From the NCBI RefSeq assembly GCF_006345805.1, contig NC_043019.1:25295360-25359359 (forward strand): a stretch of DNA of 64,000 bases, in the 5' to 3' direction. The position numbers were made by a program, and so were the translations under genes. The notes under the pieces are model-generated. The model saw only the letters and a program-made list of their open reading frames with translations. It did no database searches and had not been told where the DNA came from. Positions 1 to 13,869 of the stretch are shown in pieces (the stretch's first letter is position 1; every line of letters starts with the position of its first letter). This DNA comes from Octopus sinensis (lineage: Eukaryota).

Positions 1-274
1 CTCTCTGAGAGTGTAGTGGCTGCTTTTACATGCCACCGGCATGGGGGCCATTCAGGCGGTACTGGCAACGGCCACGCTCAAATGGTGCTTTTTATGTGCC
101 ACCTGCACAGGAGCCAGTCCAGCGGCACTGACAACGACCTAGTGGATGCCAGTCATCAAATTTGACTTCGATTGCCTCAACAAGTCTTCGCAGGCAGAGT
201 TTAGTGTCTAATGAAGGAATGGCATGCATAAGTGAACTGGTTATACCCCTGGCATAGGCTACAAGGTTATGGTC

Positions 275-309
<35 letters not shown>

Positions 310-472
310 TACACACACACATACATGCAGATGTTTTATATATATCCATGTGTGTATATGTGTATACACATAGATACATACACAGACACTTTATATATGT
401 GTATGTGTGTCTATTATCTAATATTTCTAAATATATATATATGTGTGTGTGTGAGTGTGTGTGTGTGTGTAA

Positions 473-879
473 TAAAGTTAAGTAAGGCCGGTTTATGGGA
501 TTACCTTAGGTTTCATGTCCTTAAAGGGCTTATCTTTGTAGCATATTATCAGATCCCAAAACCTCTTGGCTTAAGGTCTCTCTAGTGAGTGGCCTCTCTA
601 GTTTATGGAGGAGGGGAGGACTCTGTTAATCAATGTCAACAAAGGGGATTGTCTCTCCTTGGCTATCAATCACTGATGTCAATGAAGGGGATTCATAGCC
701 AAAGGAATACAATCCCTTTCATTGACATCAGCAGTCGATAGCCAATGGAAGACAATCTCCTTTGTTGACATTGAGTAACTGGGTCCTTCCCGCCTCCATA
801 ACTTAGAGAGGCCTTTAGCCAACAGGTTTTGTGATGTGAAACTTAAGGTAATCCCATAAACCAGCCTTATCTAACTTTA
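473..879. mobile_element. Fold-back MITE, almost wholly palindromic, in a TA/TG tract
   Basis: ~44-bp imperfect TIRs (taaagttaagtaaggccggtttatgggattacctta / taaggtaatcccataaaccagccttatctaacttta) plus nested internal inverted repeats. Confidence 0.8.
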
Positions 880-3800
880 ATATATACTGCTCTATAACTT
901 CTTTTTTTTTATCTGTTTACAGACGATACTATATATATATATATATACACTCACACAAAGAGAGAGAGAAACAAACAATCATACATACATGTACACATAA
1001 TATATTCAGGTATATACACTCAAATGAATAGACACCTCTATGCACAAAAGGTGAACTATAGTCTTAGTGAGGGACTGGAATGGTATTTTAGATGTATAAT
1101 GGAACTGTGTGAAAGTGTCTGCTAGCAGAGTTATGTAAAGTGTCTCACAAACTCTACCCAAATGTTTGGGAATACATTGAACATTGATAGCCTGCCAAGG
1201 CTTTTGCTAAAAAAAAGGATGCAATATTACAAAAGTTTGATAACAACAGCTGAGATTACAGTCAGCAGCTGTGAGTGTTTGTATGAGGAGGGCATCACTT
1301 GTTTTGAATGGTTTACCCTTTAAGCTTTATGGATATATGCCAAACTTGCCTATCCTTCCCCTGGCAGGCAGCTATTGCAATTGGCAACAGTGGAAACATT
1401 CATGGATGTTTTAACTGGGAGTTGGCAATGGATATGGAACTTGAAGGTTATGAAAGAACTGGAACTTGCAAAAGAATGTTTCTGAGGAAGGGTTCAAACC
1501 AAGATACATCAACAGCTTCTGGTTTGTAACTTTGTGAAACACAAAGTTCACAGTTTTGACCAAGGCTTTCACACTTGTTGGTAGGCTAGTAGTGTAGTGA
1601 GGAGTGCACAGAACTATGATTCCCAGCAGATCTGTCAATAACATCTTCACCTCATGTAACATGTATTGTTGAGAAAGTGAGTAATAAACCTGGTTTCAGT
1701 GGGGTTCTGTTCCATTTGGATTGATCCAAAGTGGGAGACAATTATACATTAGAATAGGAAAATGGTATCTCCTTTTTTACAATTGACTTTTTATTTAAAC
1801 TGGTACTTTATATTGGTTACAGCGATGAGAGTTCTAATAGAACAGCCTGCTTGTGGAATTAATGTGCAAGTAGCTGAGCACTGTACAAACATGTGTAACC
1901 TTAATGTAGTCCTTGGGGAGATTCAGCATGACACAGAATGTGACATGGTTGGGCCCCCTTTGAATTACAGGTACAACTCATTTTTGCCAGCTGAGTGGAC
2001 TGGAGCAATGTGAAATAAAGTGTCTTGCTCAAGGGCACGACACACTGCCAGGGATCAGACTGATGGTTTTACAACCTTGAGCTGATTGTCCTAACTGAGC
2101 TAAGCAACTTTAACCATTTTGTATTTAATAAAAAAAGAGAGCTTGTATTGAATGTATTCTTCATACTGTCCATGTACATACACACACACACATGCACCAC
2201 CTAGATCAGTCATTGAATCTGACCTGTAGTTAAACAATAAAAGCAACAACTTCTGGCTTCTCTCTCTGCTGAGTCATTGTCAGTTATCAAAAGCAATAGA
2301 TTTCAAAGGATAAAATGTCACTCCCTACACATTTTCACCCCATCCGTTCTCTGCTGCTCCCACTTCAACCCTTCACTCAATCCAAAATTAAAGGGCTTCA
2401 CTTTCAATATTAAAAAAAACCTTTTAACATTTTCTGTATTATTTATGGACATAATATAGGGATGTTGATTCAAAATTTATAAACGCAATAAGGTGTGTGT
2501 GTATGTGTGTGCATATATGAGTGTGTGTGTGTGTGTGTATGTATATATATTTACAAATTGGTTTCAAATTTTGGCACAAGGCCAGCGATTTTAAGATGGG
2601 TAAATCAATTAAATTGACCCCAGTGCTCAGCCCAGCAGAATCTGAACTCAGAATGGAAAGACAGATGAAATGCTGCTAAGCATTTCACTCAGCATGATAA
2701 TGATGCTGCCAGCTTGCCACCTTAACTTTCCATCATTGTTGTCCTCCTCCTCATCATCATCATCAATAAAATAAATACCAGTCAAATATTGGGGTTGATG
2801 TAATCGACTTTTCCACGAAAATTTTCGGGCCGTGTTGAAAGGATTATTATTATTATTAGTTGAAAGGATTATTAAGATGGTGGATGGAGAACGTAGATTA
2901 ACCATGGAAATTTGCTGGAGGGCTTTAATTCAAACCATGTTAAAGCAAGGAAGTTGGTATCATAGAAATAGGGGCAACATCAGCCGATTAGGTACCAGAA
3001 ACATTAAATAAAGAATGTGTGTGTAATTAGTACTGTACATATTATTGTACAACAAAAACCAACAAAAAAGAAAGGAATCAAAAGCCTTTTTTTTTTTTGC
3101 TTTTGATGTATTTTCTTGTTCTAATTATTAGAAGTTCTTGTTAAGATTCAATTAAGACAACTCGTTATCTCCGTTATCATTAAAACTGTGCCTTTTTAAT
3201 GTTGTGCTGTTGTTATTCTGGGGAGGAGCAGCAATGATGGTAGTTGAGCGATTCTCTGCGTTTCAAAGGTGAAATATCTTCTGTGGTTCATTTAAAGTTT
3301 ATAGGTCACTAATGGTATATTGCCGTTTCTAGGTTAATAATGACTAATAATTAATATGAACGAGACTAATTATTTAATATGAACAATTACAAGTGTCAGA
3401 AATAAGGAGAGCCGTTGCCAGAGTTGTCGTCATCGGCAGATTCTTCTCCTTCCGTCCACCACCATCTCCGCATCAGATCAAGTGTGATTGGTCAACAAAT
3501 TAGATGTTTATGGTTCTGTACGTGACTCTGTGGACCAATGCAGCAGCAAGATCCTCAAATCCAGTACTTCCAAACCATTTTTGCATCACAGACTTCATAC
3601 AAAACAATTTTTCAGTGGACTGGAGAATCACACACACAGTAAAACACAATAAGATCCCCGTTGACAGGCCACTGGTATTTATTGAGTGTTAAACACTTTC
3701 GGTATGCTAATTAGGGACTCCTTCACAGAGTAACTGCTGCATTTATTGAGTATATAAACAGTTTTGCTTCTTGTTTCTCAGAAAGTTATGAGGAAACAAA

Positions 3801-5499
3801 GTCAGTAAGAGTGGGGTAAACTTGTGTAAGTATGCCGGGTTAGCTTATCAATCAGTTATAGACATCACTCCTTATAGAATCTTCTCTCATATGGTGAATG
3901 GGGAAGAATTTTCTGTTTTTGATTGTTTGTTGTAGTCAGCTTCTTTGCCATTGAGAATATATTTTGGTGCAGTTCAAAATTATTGTTCATCATCATCATC
4001 ATCATCTTATCCTCTTTTCCCATGCTGTCATGTTGGATGAGACTCTTTGAGGCATTATTCTGTGAACTGGACGCCACCACCTCCATTTCCCACCTGATGC
4101 CATCCGTTGTTTTATAAGTACAGTAATTCCATATCTTCATAAACCAAACAGCAGATATTTGATTTATGGCAGACACAAACAATGTCACCAGTGAAGTGGA
4201 GCCAATGCAAAGACGCATTGACACGCACGCACGCACGCACGCACGCGCGCGCGCGCACACACATTCACACATTCACATGCTCACAAACATGTAGGCATGC
4301 ACACTCAAACACATGCTCACACATTTACACACACACACATGCACTCAAACACACTCACACACATGCTCACACATACACACACACAAACAGACATTCACTC
4401 TCACACACACATACTTGCACAGACCCTGCCACACACACTCTCACAAACCCACACACGCATTCACAAATATGCACACTTGGTCCATTTATTCAGTGGGCTT
4501 CCATATAGTTTCCATGTAACAAATGTCACTGACAAAAGCATTGGTCAGCCTGAGTTTTTAGTAGAGAATACTTGACCAATTTAGTAGCCTGTAGTGGGAT
4601 TGAACCTGAGATCACATAACTGCAAAGCAAACTTTTTAACCACACCTCCATGTTGTTTCTCAATGACTGCACCATTGTTGTTGGTGGTGTTGTTGTTGTT
4701 GTCATTGTTGTTTGTTTGAGAAGGGGTGGTGTGTGATCGTATCAGATTGCCATCTCAGAAAATACAGAAACCAACAACAATGATTCTAAACAACAACCTC
4801 GCACCATCTCACCATTTTATGTTCAACAACAACAACAGCATAAATGAATAATTCATAATTGCACCCAAAAAAAAGAAAATATCCTTGATAACAAGTTAGT
4901 CATAGCACATTGTAAGAACAGCAACAACAATAGCAACAAAAGTCTTTGAGAGTCTCTAAAGTGATATCAGCTGCCGCTTGACAAAGTGAAAATGGCACGC
5001 TTTTCTTAAGCATTGCCAGAATGAGTTTTCTAATTTATTAAATTTTTAGTGGGAGAGAACTAATTATTATTAAAGATGAAAAAGTAATTTATTGACTAAC
5101 AACTTTATTTTATACTTTTTCTTTTAATCTGATGGTAAAATTAATTCTGCAATAAACTGGATTAATGGTGAATAAATTATCGAAATCTGTAGCAGAGTGA
5201 AAGTAAATAATCTTTTTCTTAAGAAGATTAAAATAATTGTATAATGATTATTTCATAATGGCCCATATAAACCACATTGTAAATTTAAACACCATGTATC
5301 TTCATTTGTCATGGGGGTTTGGTTCCAAAACAACAGTGATAAAGGAATCAGCTCTACACACTTTGTAAATGGAATGGCAGAATCAGTGGCACCAAACTCA
5401 TGGCTTACACCTGCAAAGCTTCCACTTTCCTGTATTTTCTTGATCGTTCATCCTCTTGCCTGGCACATGGCTGTTCCTCTTGGTTCCTTTCCCTTTCTC

Positions 5500-6045
5500 A
5501 GCTGAGAGGTCCTTGTCTTACAGGTTACTTGGTGACCCAGCAGATTCTAGTGCCATGTAGAAAGCACCTGTGCTGGTGCCACATAAAAAGCACCCTGGCT
5601 GGAGTGCTGTTAAAAACACCTGTGCTGGCTTCACACAAGAGGCACCTGTGCTGGCACCCTGTAAAAAGTACCTGTGTTGGCACCATGTAAGAGGCACTCA
5701 TGCAGGCATCATGTAAGAGGCACCAGTGCTGGTGCCACGTAAGGGGCGCCTGTACTGGTGTCACACAAAAAAGCACCTGTGCTTGTGCTATGTAAAGAAC
5801 ACCTGTGCTTGTATCACATAGAAAGCACCAGTGCTAACACCACAGAAATGCACCCAGTTCACTCTGTAAAGTGGTTGGTGTCAGGAAGGTGCATCCAGCC
5901 ATAGAAACTATGTCAAAGCAGACAAATGGAGCTGGTTGCAGCCCTCTGGCTGCAGCCCTCTGGCTGCAGCCAGCCCTGGTCAAACTGTCCAACCCATGCC
6001 AGCATGGAAGAAGGACATCAAATGATGATAATGATGATATGAGAG
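5500..6045 (+). mobile_element. Family D element with internal ~26-bp minisatellite
   Basis: About 12 diverged units of aaaagcacctgtgctggtgccacat(a) at 5558-5860, then the family D 3' end (aggaaggtgcatccagcc..ccatgccagcatggaa..gatgat). Confidence 0.75.
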
Positions 6046-7062
6046 CAAATATATAAATAATGACTTTCGAAAATTGCATAATAAATTATATATTGTAATT
6101 CTGTAATTAGCGAGTCATTAACCACTGTCAACTTAATTAGGAGTGGTTTTTTGAAAATATTAGTTTTTAGTTGTTACAAACAATTGAAAAAAGACACTAA
6201 AGAGGGATTGATTGAAACCCAGTGACCTTGCATAGTGAAAGCCAAAATACTCAAAAGTGGAAGAACAGATGTGGCTCTGTGGTTTAGAAGCTCATTTTAC
6301 AACCATGTGGTTTCAAATTCAGTCCCTATGCATGGTACCTTTGTTGGCCTGGGGCTATTGTACCTTGCAGTAGGAGCGAACCCAAAACCACGTGGTTGTA
6401 AGGCAGGCTTCTTAACCATGTCGCTATGCTTGTAGAAATTAATATTTCATCATCATCATCATCATGTGTTTCCCATGCTGGTGTGCGCTGGATGGGCTGA
6501 CCAGAGCCAGCAAGGCAGAGGGCTGCACCACATTCCAGTCATCTGTTTCAACTTGGCTTCTTCAGCTGGATGTCCTTTGTAATGCCAACCCTTTTACAGA
6601 GCCGACTGGGTGCTTTTTACATGGCACTGACATTAGATTATTGAATCTGATATACAACACGGCTGCAGCTGTTTACCATTTCGAAACCCCCTGGGGCAGA
6701 AATGTTCCAGTGTTTCTAATCTTTCTTTTCAGTTCAAAATTCAACCAGCCAGATTAAATTAGATCTTAAGGTTTTTTTCTTTCTTTTTGGTTACATCTAA
6801 ACAACAGTGGTTACAGCAGTTATCAAATTCCTTTGTCTTCGCAACAATATTCCATTTTGATTTCTCTGCTGTTTCTTTGTCCTCATTATTTCTTCTCGTT
6901 AAGAATTACTAAATTTTTTCTCTTTTCACTCCCATAGACCACTTCTAAGGTCCATAGTGGCCAATCTATTGAAACAGGAAGATCTCAATAACACTTTGCA
7001 TAAAGGAACCTTTTTCATTTCAGTATAACATTCTTTCTGTTTAGTCACATTTACTTGAATTT

Positions 7063-7276
7063 TTAACCCCTTAGCATTTAAACCAGCTAGATCTGGCTCA
7101 AATATTCCACCCGGTTTATGTTCAAACTGGCCAGATCACACCTACCCTACAATGTCACTCAAAAATAAACAACCACATCATCAAAATCTTGAAAATACAA
7201 GATAATGCATAATCAATTCAAACAATGTGAATGTATAAGCATTATATTTGATAAGATAATCTGGATGCTACAATTG
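7063..7276 (+). mobile_element. piggyBac-type MITE family 2 copy
   Basis: ttaaccccttagcattt start; internal sequence shared with the 44132 and 50069 copies. Confidence 0.65.
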
Positions 7277-9554
7277 AGAGCAGTTTTACTCTGCATCATG
7301 TACTGAGTAATTTTTTTTTACCATTTTGTTGTAAATGTGTGTGTGTGTATGTGTGTGTTGATGTCTTTGACTTCCCATGGGCCCTCAACTCTTTGATGAA
7401 GTGTCTAGAGTGCTATCATAACCTATGAGTGTGTCATGTGTAATTCTAAACCTGATTGAATCCACCCCTCTCCAAGTGTCAGCTAATTTCTTCTAGAAGA
7501 GAGAAAGATAGAAAGAGTGAAAGAGAGAGTTAAAGAAAGAAAGAAAGGAATTGATTCCTGTATAGGATGGGTACTTCTTTTATGACCCCTAAAATGATGA
7601 AAGGCAAAGTTAACTTTGTCTGGATTTGAACTCGGAGCACAGGGAGCTGGAATGATGACCACAAAGTAGTCTATCTAATGTGCTACTGCCCCGGCCAATT
7701 AGCTACCTGTGTGTCTATTTGAGCATATGTATATGTGTATATATATGTGTATTGATCAGCTTATCAGATGTTGTTATACCTCACTGGTCCCAGTGCGCTT
7801 TGCATCATTTTAACTTTTGAATGATGCCACCCTGCTGGCTAGGGGAATAGGCCAACATTTTTCCAAATCAGAAGGCTATTCTCTCATAAAGTTACCCATT
7901 CATGGTTGAGCAGACTGAAACAGCATGAAATGAAGTGTTTTGCTCAAGAACACAATGCACTGGCCAGTCTAGGAATTGAACACATGATATAGCAATCGTG
8001 AGTACAATGCTCTAACCGCTATGCTATGTGCCTTCATTATGTGTGTGTGTGTGTGTGTGTGTGCCTTCCTATATCTATCTATCCATCCATCCAGACAGAC
8101 AGACAGAGTGTATTTATGTATAATTACATTGTTATATATTATTCAGTGCTTTTATATAATATTAAAGTGGGGTTTTTTTTTGTGTGTGTGAGCAGCGCTG
8201 GTGGTTGTCCATATAATAAACTATCATTAAGTCACCTAGCAGCAACACTCATTAATGTGTGATGGAGGCACTTGAAAATTTCTATGAAGTTTCATAGCAA
8301 CTGTGGTAACGTATAAGGGGAGTGTGCAGCCATACATCAACCATTAACTGACTTGGAAGTAGATCAACTGTGTGAACATAGCCAGCCCTCCTGACACTTG
8401 TTTAGGTCAAAACTTGGGTCTCTTGACATCTGTTAGTGACCTAAATTAGGATCAACCTTGAGGGCTTTCTCAACTCATTCATGTTTCTCACACAACTGTT
8501 TAAACATGGACATGAAATCACGAAGCAAAAACGAATTGTCTGATTCAGCCACTGCTGCCTGCAGTCATCCTAGTTATTTCTTGGTTAGGTGTTTCAAAGC
8601 GATGGTTTTCAAAGTAAGCAGCTGCTGGTATATAACTACTTTGAAGGCTCTTCTGTACTTGAAGTTCTGAAGTGCATAGTTGCCAGTAACACTGTGTAAT
8701 TGTTAATAAGCATTCTAAGAACTGAACGGTTTGTATTATAATAACTAACTTCACATCTTATTTTCAATGAGTGATCATCGACATATTTCACTCACATAGT
8801 TTCTATCTAACGGCTAAACCCATACATAGCTCTACATCTAATTGTATGTTTTGTTATCACTAATAGCAGGAGTATTAGCACCTTGTGGAGCTAAGTAAAC
8901 TCGTGGTCATCCATGCATACAGACATGTCCTTTACAGGTGCCGGTGCCATGTGAAATGCACATGTGCCAGTGCTGTGTAAACACAACTGTGCTGGTGGCA
9001 CGTAAACGGCACCCAGCACGCTCTGTAAAGTGGTTGGTGTTAGGAAGGGCATCCAGCAGTGGAACCCATTCCACAACAGACACCCGGGGTCTGGGCAGCT
9101 CTATGACTGGCCAGCTCCTGTCAAACCGTCCAACCCATGCCAGCATGGAAATTGTATGTTAAACAATGATGATGATGATGATGATTGACTGTTGTATGAA
9201 CCAATATTGGAATATGATCCATTCTCGCTTACATAGGGATGGGTGGGTGAGAGCAGGTGGGATGTGAGGCTGGGGAGGGCAAAGGGGATGAGGGTCGGTG
9301 GGGATGGGTTGCTGACAACAAGCATAACTTCCAATGGTACAAATTCCACAATTTTGGGCATAGTTTCCCAATTATATAACTGGTACTTATTTTGTTGATC
9401 CTGGCTCAGTGGCAGACAAAGACAACCTCAGCAGTGGAGGTTGAACTTAGAGCATAATGGATACGGGACCATAACTAAAATATCTGTACGAGCCTGTATA
9501 TGGTTGTTCAGTGTGCTAGAAATAGCAACCAAATTCCTTCAAGAAGCTCACTTT

Positions 9555-9925
9555 GTAACCACGTAATTCTGGATTCAGTTCCACTTCACGGAACCTTGGG
9601 CAAGTCTTTTCTTCTACAGTCTCAGGCCAACCAAATATCTTGTGAGTGAATTCAGTGGACAGAAACTATGTGGAAGCCCATCATATGTATGTATGTATGT
9701 GTGTGTTTGTGTGTGTGTGTGTGTTTGTCCCCCACTATTGCTTGATGACCGGTGTTGGTTTGTTTATGTCTCTTGAACTTAGCAGTTCAGCAATGCACAG
9801 CAATAGAGTAAGAGTCAGGCTAAAAAAAAAAATATATTTAGTTGGTGGTGGTGGTGGTGGGGGGGGGAGATTTGTTGAGCTAAATCATTTTAGGCAGTGC
9901 TCCAGCATGGTCATTGTCTAATGAC
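9555..9925 (+). mobile_element. SINE family A, diverged
   Basis: Recognisable head/core (ccttgggcaagt..ttgtgagtg) and tail (gtgctccagcatgg..aatgact). Confidence 0.7.
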
Positions 9926-10059
9926 TAAAACAACAACAACAACAACAACAATAATGATATTCTTTATATTGTTATCAAGTGTGTAAATATTTTGACTTCT
10001 GTGGAGAATCATTGAAGATAGCGCCAGCCTGGTATGGTGTGTGTGTGGGGGGGTGATGG

Positions 10060-10290
10060 TGGCATGGGGGATGGTGGTGGTGGCAGGGTGGTAGTGGAGC
10101 TGGTAGTGTGGGTAGTGATGGCAGTTGCAGGGTAGTGGTGGAGATGGTGGTGTGGCAGATGGTGGTGGTGGTGGTGGAGATGGTGGTGGTAGTGGTGGTG
10201 GAGATGATGGTGTGGGGGGGTGATAATGGAGATGGTGGTGGTGGTGGTAGTGGAAATGATGGTGTGGGGGATGGTAGTGGTGGTGATAGT
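10060..10290. repeat. (GGT/GAT)n low-complexity tract
   Basis: Direct reading; similar (ACC)n tract at 60110-60430. Confidence 0.9.
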
Positions 10291-10710
10291 AGTGGTGATG
10301 CAAACCACACAAAACCCTGCATAGCTATGGCTACATCTGCCTGTCGTCTGTCTGTCTGTCTGTCTGTCTGTCGTCTGTCTGTCTGTCTGTTTCCCTCTCA
10401 TCAGTCTGTCTGTCAAGTAACACAGTCATGTTAACAAAGGGATGTGGGTTCAACAACTACACAGATAGGAAAGCCTTCTTTTTTCTGTCGAGGGCTTATA
10501 TGCCCCTTTATTAGACTATTTTCCTTAGTCGTTGCGTGGTAATTGCCATAAGCTTTCATCTTATATAAAAATACCATTATTATTACTGACAGGATTACAA
10601 AACACAGAGCTGTATAATAAACCATTCACACCAAGAGCATGCATATATATAAATAAGGTGGTGCTCCAGTATGGCTGCAGTCAAATGACTGAAACAAGTA
10701 AAAGTGTATA

Positions 10711-10751
<41 letters not shown>

Positions 10752-10757
<6 letters not shown>

Positions 10758-10881
10758 ACTTAGTTGTGCCATTTATTTACTAATTTGTGTATATATATAT
10801 ATATATATATATATAATCATTTAACGTCCACCTTCCATGCTGGCATGGATGGGACATATATATATGTATATATATATGGAT

Positions 10882-10914
<33 letters not shown>

Positions 10915-11038
10915 CGGTACTTAGTTGTGCCATTTATTTACTAATTTGTGTATATATATATATATATATATATATAATCATTTAACGTCCACCTTCCATG
11001 CTGGCATGGATGGGACATATATATATGTATATATATAT

Positions 11039-11075
<37 letters not shown>
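10752..11075 (+). repeat. 161-bp direct tandem duplication
   Basis: cggtacttagttgtgcc at 10754 and 10915; unique parts identical, only the TA-run lengths differ. Confidence 0.9.
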
Positions 11076-11091
<16 letters not shown>

Positions 11092-12531
11092 ATATGTATT
11101 ATATTTTATATTTGATGGTGCAAAAGACACATGGACTATATTAGACACACCCCAATTTCATCAATTCCTATTCAGGTAAAAACGTTTCCAGTCCATTAAA
11201 GGAATATTGGCTTATGGGAGGCCAGACTTCACATGTAGGACCTGGTGGTGGTGGTGGTGGGATGTTTTTTGTGACTTCTTTGGGGGAAAAATGCATCATA
11301 AACTATGATATACACACACACACACATATATGTACATATATACACACATATATGTATATACCTTACACACACACACATTAGCACAAACATATTTGGGGTG
11401 GGCAGAGCTTGAGTATATTATTTCACTGTATGTTTGTTTATGTGTGTTATATTAATCTATTTTTACATAAATAAAACAAGAAACCAAACAAATGAACCAA
11501 CCACCAATGGAACTATTTATTCATCAATCTGGAAGGCTTGAAGGTCAAACAAGGCAACTTGCTAATAGCAAGTGTCTGTATTTAGTAGTTTAATAAACTA
11601 ACTTTGTCCTTATTAAAGCTAGTGTTTGGAAAATAACTTAATAAAGAGTTGTTACTATATGGGGACAAGTGTAGCTGTCTGGTTAAACCATTTGTTTCAC
11701 AACCAAATGGTGCTAGGTTTGATCTGTGTTACACTATGGGCAAACAATTTCTACTTATTGCCTCTGGGACAAATGTCTTCTACCATTGCCTGTGGGACAA
11801 ATGTTTCCTACCACTGCCCCTGGGGCAGTTATCTTCTACCATTGCTTATGGTTGAGCAAAATCTTAACAGTGAAATTTAGTTAAACTCTGCTTGTTTCCT
11901 TTCCATTCTGTTGTCCAAAAGTTGTCTCTACTTGTTTATTCTTTCACTGTATGGACTTCATATCATAGCCCCAAATAATTCATAATTTGTTGAGCAATTT
12001 TGTGGAAAAATATTTTGCTAAGACTAATTATGAAGTATCCTGAGAAGCATATATATGTGCGTGTTCTTTAACTGAACATACATACATACATGTCAGACAC
12101 GTGCTGTCAGTAATTACTCATGGCAGACATTTGGTGACGTTTATGTAGTAAAACACACAAAAGAATAAGCGAAACACAGGCGCTCGACTGAGTTGGAGGC
12201 AGATTTACTTGTGCCTTTATAGCACGTAAAGAAAACGGTGTTGTAGGAATGTATGCAGCATGTGTACTACAGCAGTCCTATGCATTGCTTTAATACTGAG
12301 ATTGAAAGGCAGGGGCAAATTATGCCTACCTAATCTACAAAAAAATAGAATATTTTGTATTTTATGCAGAGTAATCAGAGTAACCTTCATAATTTTATTG
12401 AATTAGGTGCATATTTTGCCAAAAAAGGAATATGTTGCTATCGATCTATTTTATTCAGGGTAGGCACTACCTACCTTGCCTACCCAGGTGGCACAGCCCT
12501 GAGATATACACACACACACGCACACACACAC

Positions 12532-12740
12532 ATGAGGGGGTGCTGGAAAGTTCTTTTAGGTTAAAGAAAATACAGGAGGATCAATTAATTTATTCAAGAT
12601 ACTCTCCTCCCAGATTCACACACTTATTGCAGCGGTCCTTCAGTTTTTCTAAGCCCTGTAGAAGAACTTGGAAGGTTTGGCTTCCAACCAGACCTTTTGC
12701 GATGCCCTTATAGTTAGGAACTTTTCAGCAAGCACTCGTG
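12532..12740. mobile_element. Mariner-type MITE
   Basis: Imperfect TIRs atgagggggtgctggaaagttc / gaacttttcagcaagcactcgt. Confidence 0.6.
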
Positions 12741-13189
12741 TGTGTGTGTGTGTGCATAAACATACACATAGTCTCACACACACTCTCTCCCTCCCCACCC
12801 CACTGCCTTGCTTGTAATAACATCAGAACTGAGGTGTTCACAGTTGCTTACTTTGAGTTCTACATTGCTCCTGATTCCAAACTACATTCTCTCTGCATTA
12901 AATAAACATACGCACAGAACTTTCAGATACAACTATGAGAATTTGGTCATGGCAAGGCTTATTAAAATTAATTATAATTCTTGTATAAATAAATAATGTA
13001 TTTTGTGTAAGTGAAAGAGAGATAAAGATGGAAGCAGAATGAAAGTATGAAAAAGTTGAGTGAAAAGAAAGAGGAAATAGAAGTACACATAATATAAGAG
13101 AAAGAAGTGAAAGGGGACATTGTATCTGAGAGTGTGTGTGTGTGTGTATATATATATATCTGTAAATGTAATATGTGACAATTATTTGG

Positions 13190-13850
13190 TAGCCATGATA
13201 AAACTCTGAGTTTCGGATGCCAGGGTGGAAATCCACGCCACCATCTCTTCAGTTATCCGGCCATCGGAAAAAATGCTATGAAAATACTAATACTGTCAAG
13301 AGCCATGATAGTACTAGGATGTTAATTGGTCAAGTGCCCTGAAAGTGACTTGTTGTGGATGGTAGTAGTGACTGAATTCTTGAGACATCTCTTTTGAATG
13401 TATTGTTTATAAAATTTGCATAGGTGTTATTCTGAACAGCAATAGTGGTTAAGTTAGGATGGAGGTAGCGGAGAGGATGAAGACGAAGAAGATGGAGAAA
13501 GATAAAGGAGAATAAGAAAGGAATAAAGAGAGTTTCTTTACTAATTCGTTGGCTACAGGTTCTATCATCCTTGAATTGGTAGAGGGGAAGAATTCTGAAG
13601 CTTGGATTTTTGTTATTGGCGCAAATGTCGATGTGTTGGCTGAATGCTATTTTTTTGTTTTGGGGAATTTTGATCTGGGATCTGTGCAGAGCCATTCTTT
13701 TACGTAGACTGTTTTTTGTTTGGCCTATGTATTGCTCTTGACACCCAGAGCAAGTTAGTGCATATATCAGGTTCTCCAAAGCACATGTGAAACTGCTTTT
13801 CACTGTGAAATTTTGTCCGTTTGAAGGAGAACTCTGATCCCTCAATTAAA
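13190..13850 (-). mobile_element. Penelope-like retroelement 3' fragment with GIY-YIG endonuclease
   Basis: ORF 13845-13330: FTCALENLIYALTCSGCQEQYIGQTKNSLRKRMALHRSQI..HIDIC has the LIY..YIG signature with PLE-type Cys/His residues. The RT is absent and the C-terminus is degenerate. Confidence 0.85.
13197..13257 (-). ncRNA. Type I hammerhead ribozyme motif of the Penelope element
   Basis: Minus strand GAUAA-CUGAAGA-GAUG..CAUC(C)-GAAA-CUCAGAGUU-UUAUC: stem I GAUAA/UUAUC, conserved core, stem II, short stem III, NUH=GUU. Confidence 0.7.
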
Positions 13851-13869
13851 TAAGGTTTTTTTAATTTGC

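Noticed and set aside
1050-1740. Possible decayed LINE coding fragment
   Set aside because: No recognisable endonuclease or RT motif in any frame by eye; left unannotated.
4222-4260. (GCAC)n(GC)n alternating tract with Z-DNA potential
   Set aside because: Part of an ordinary CA microsatellite; similar short runs occur throughout the window.
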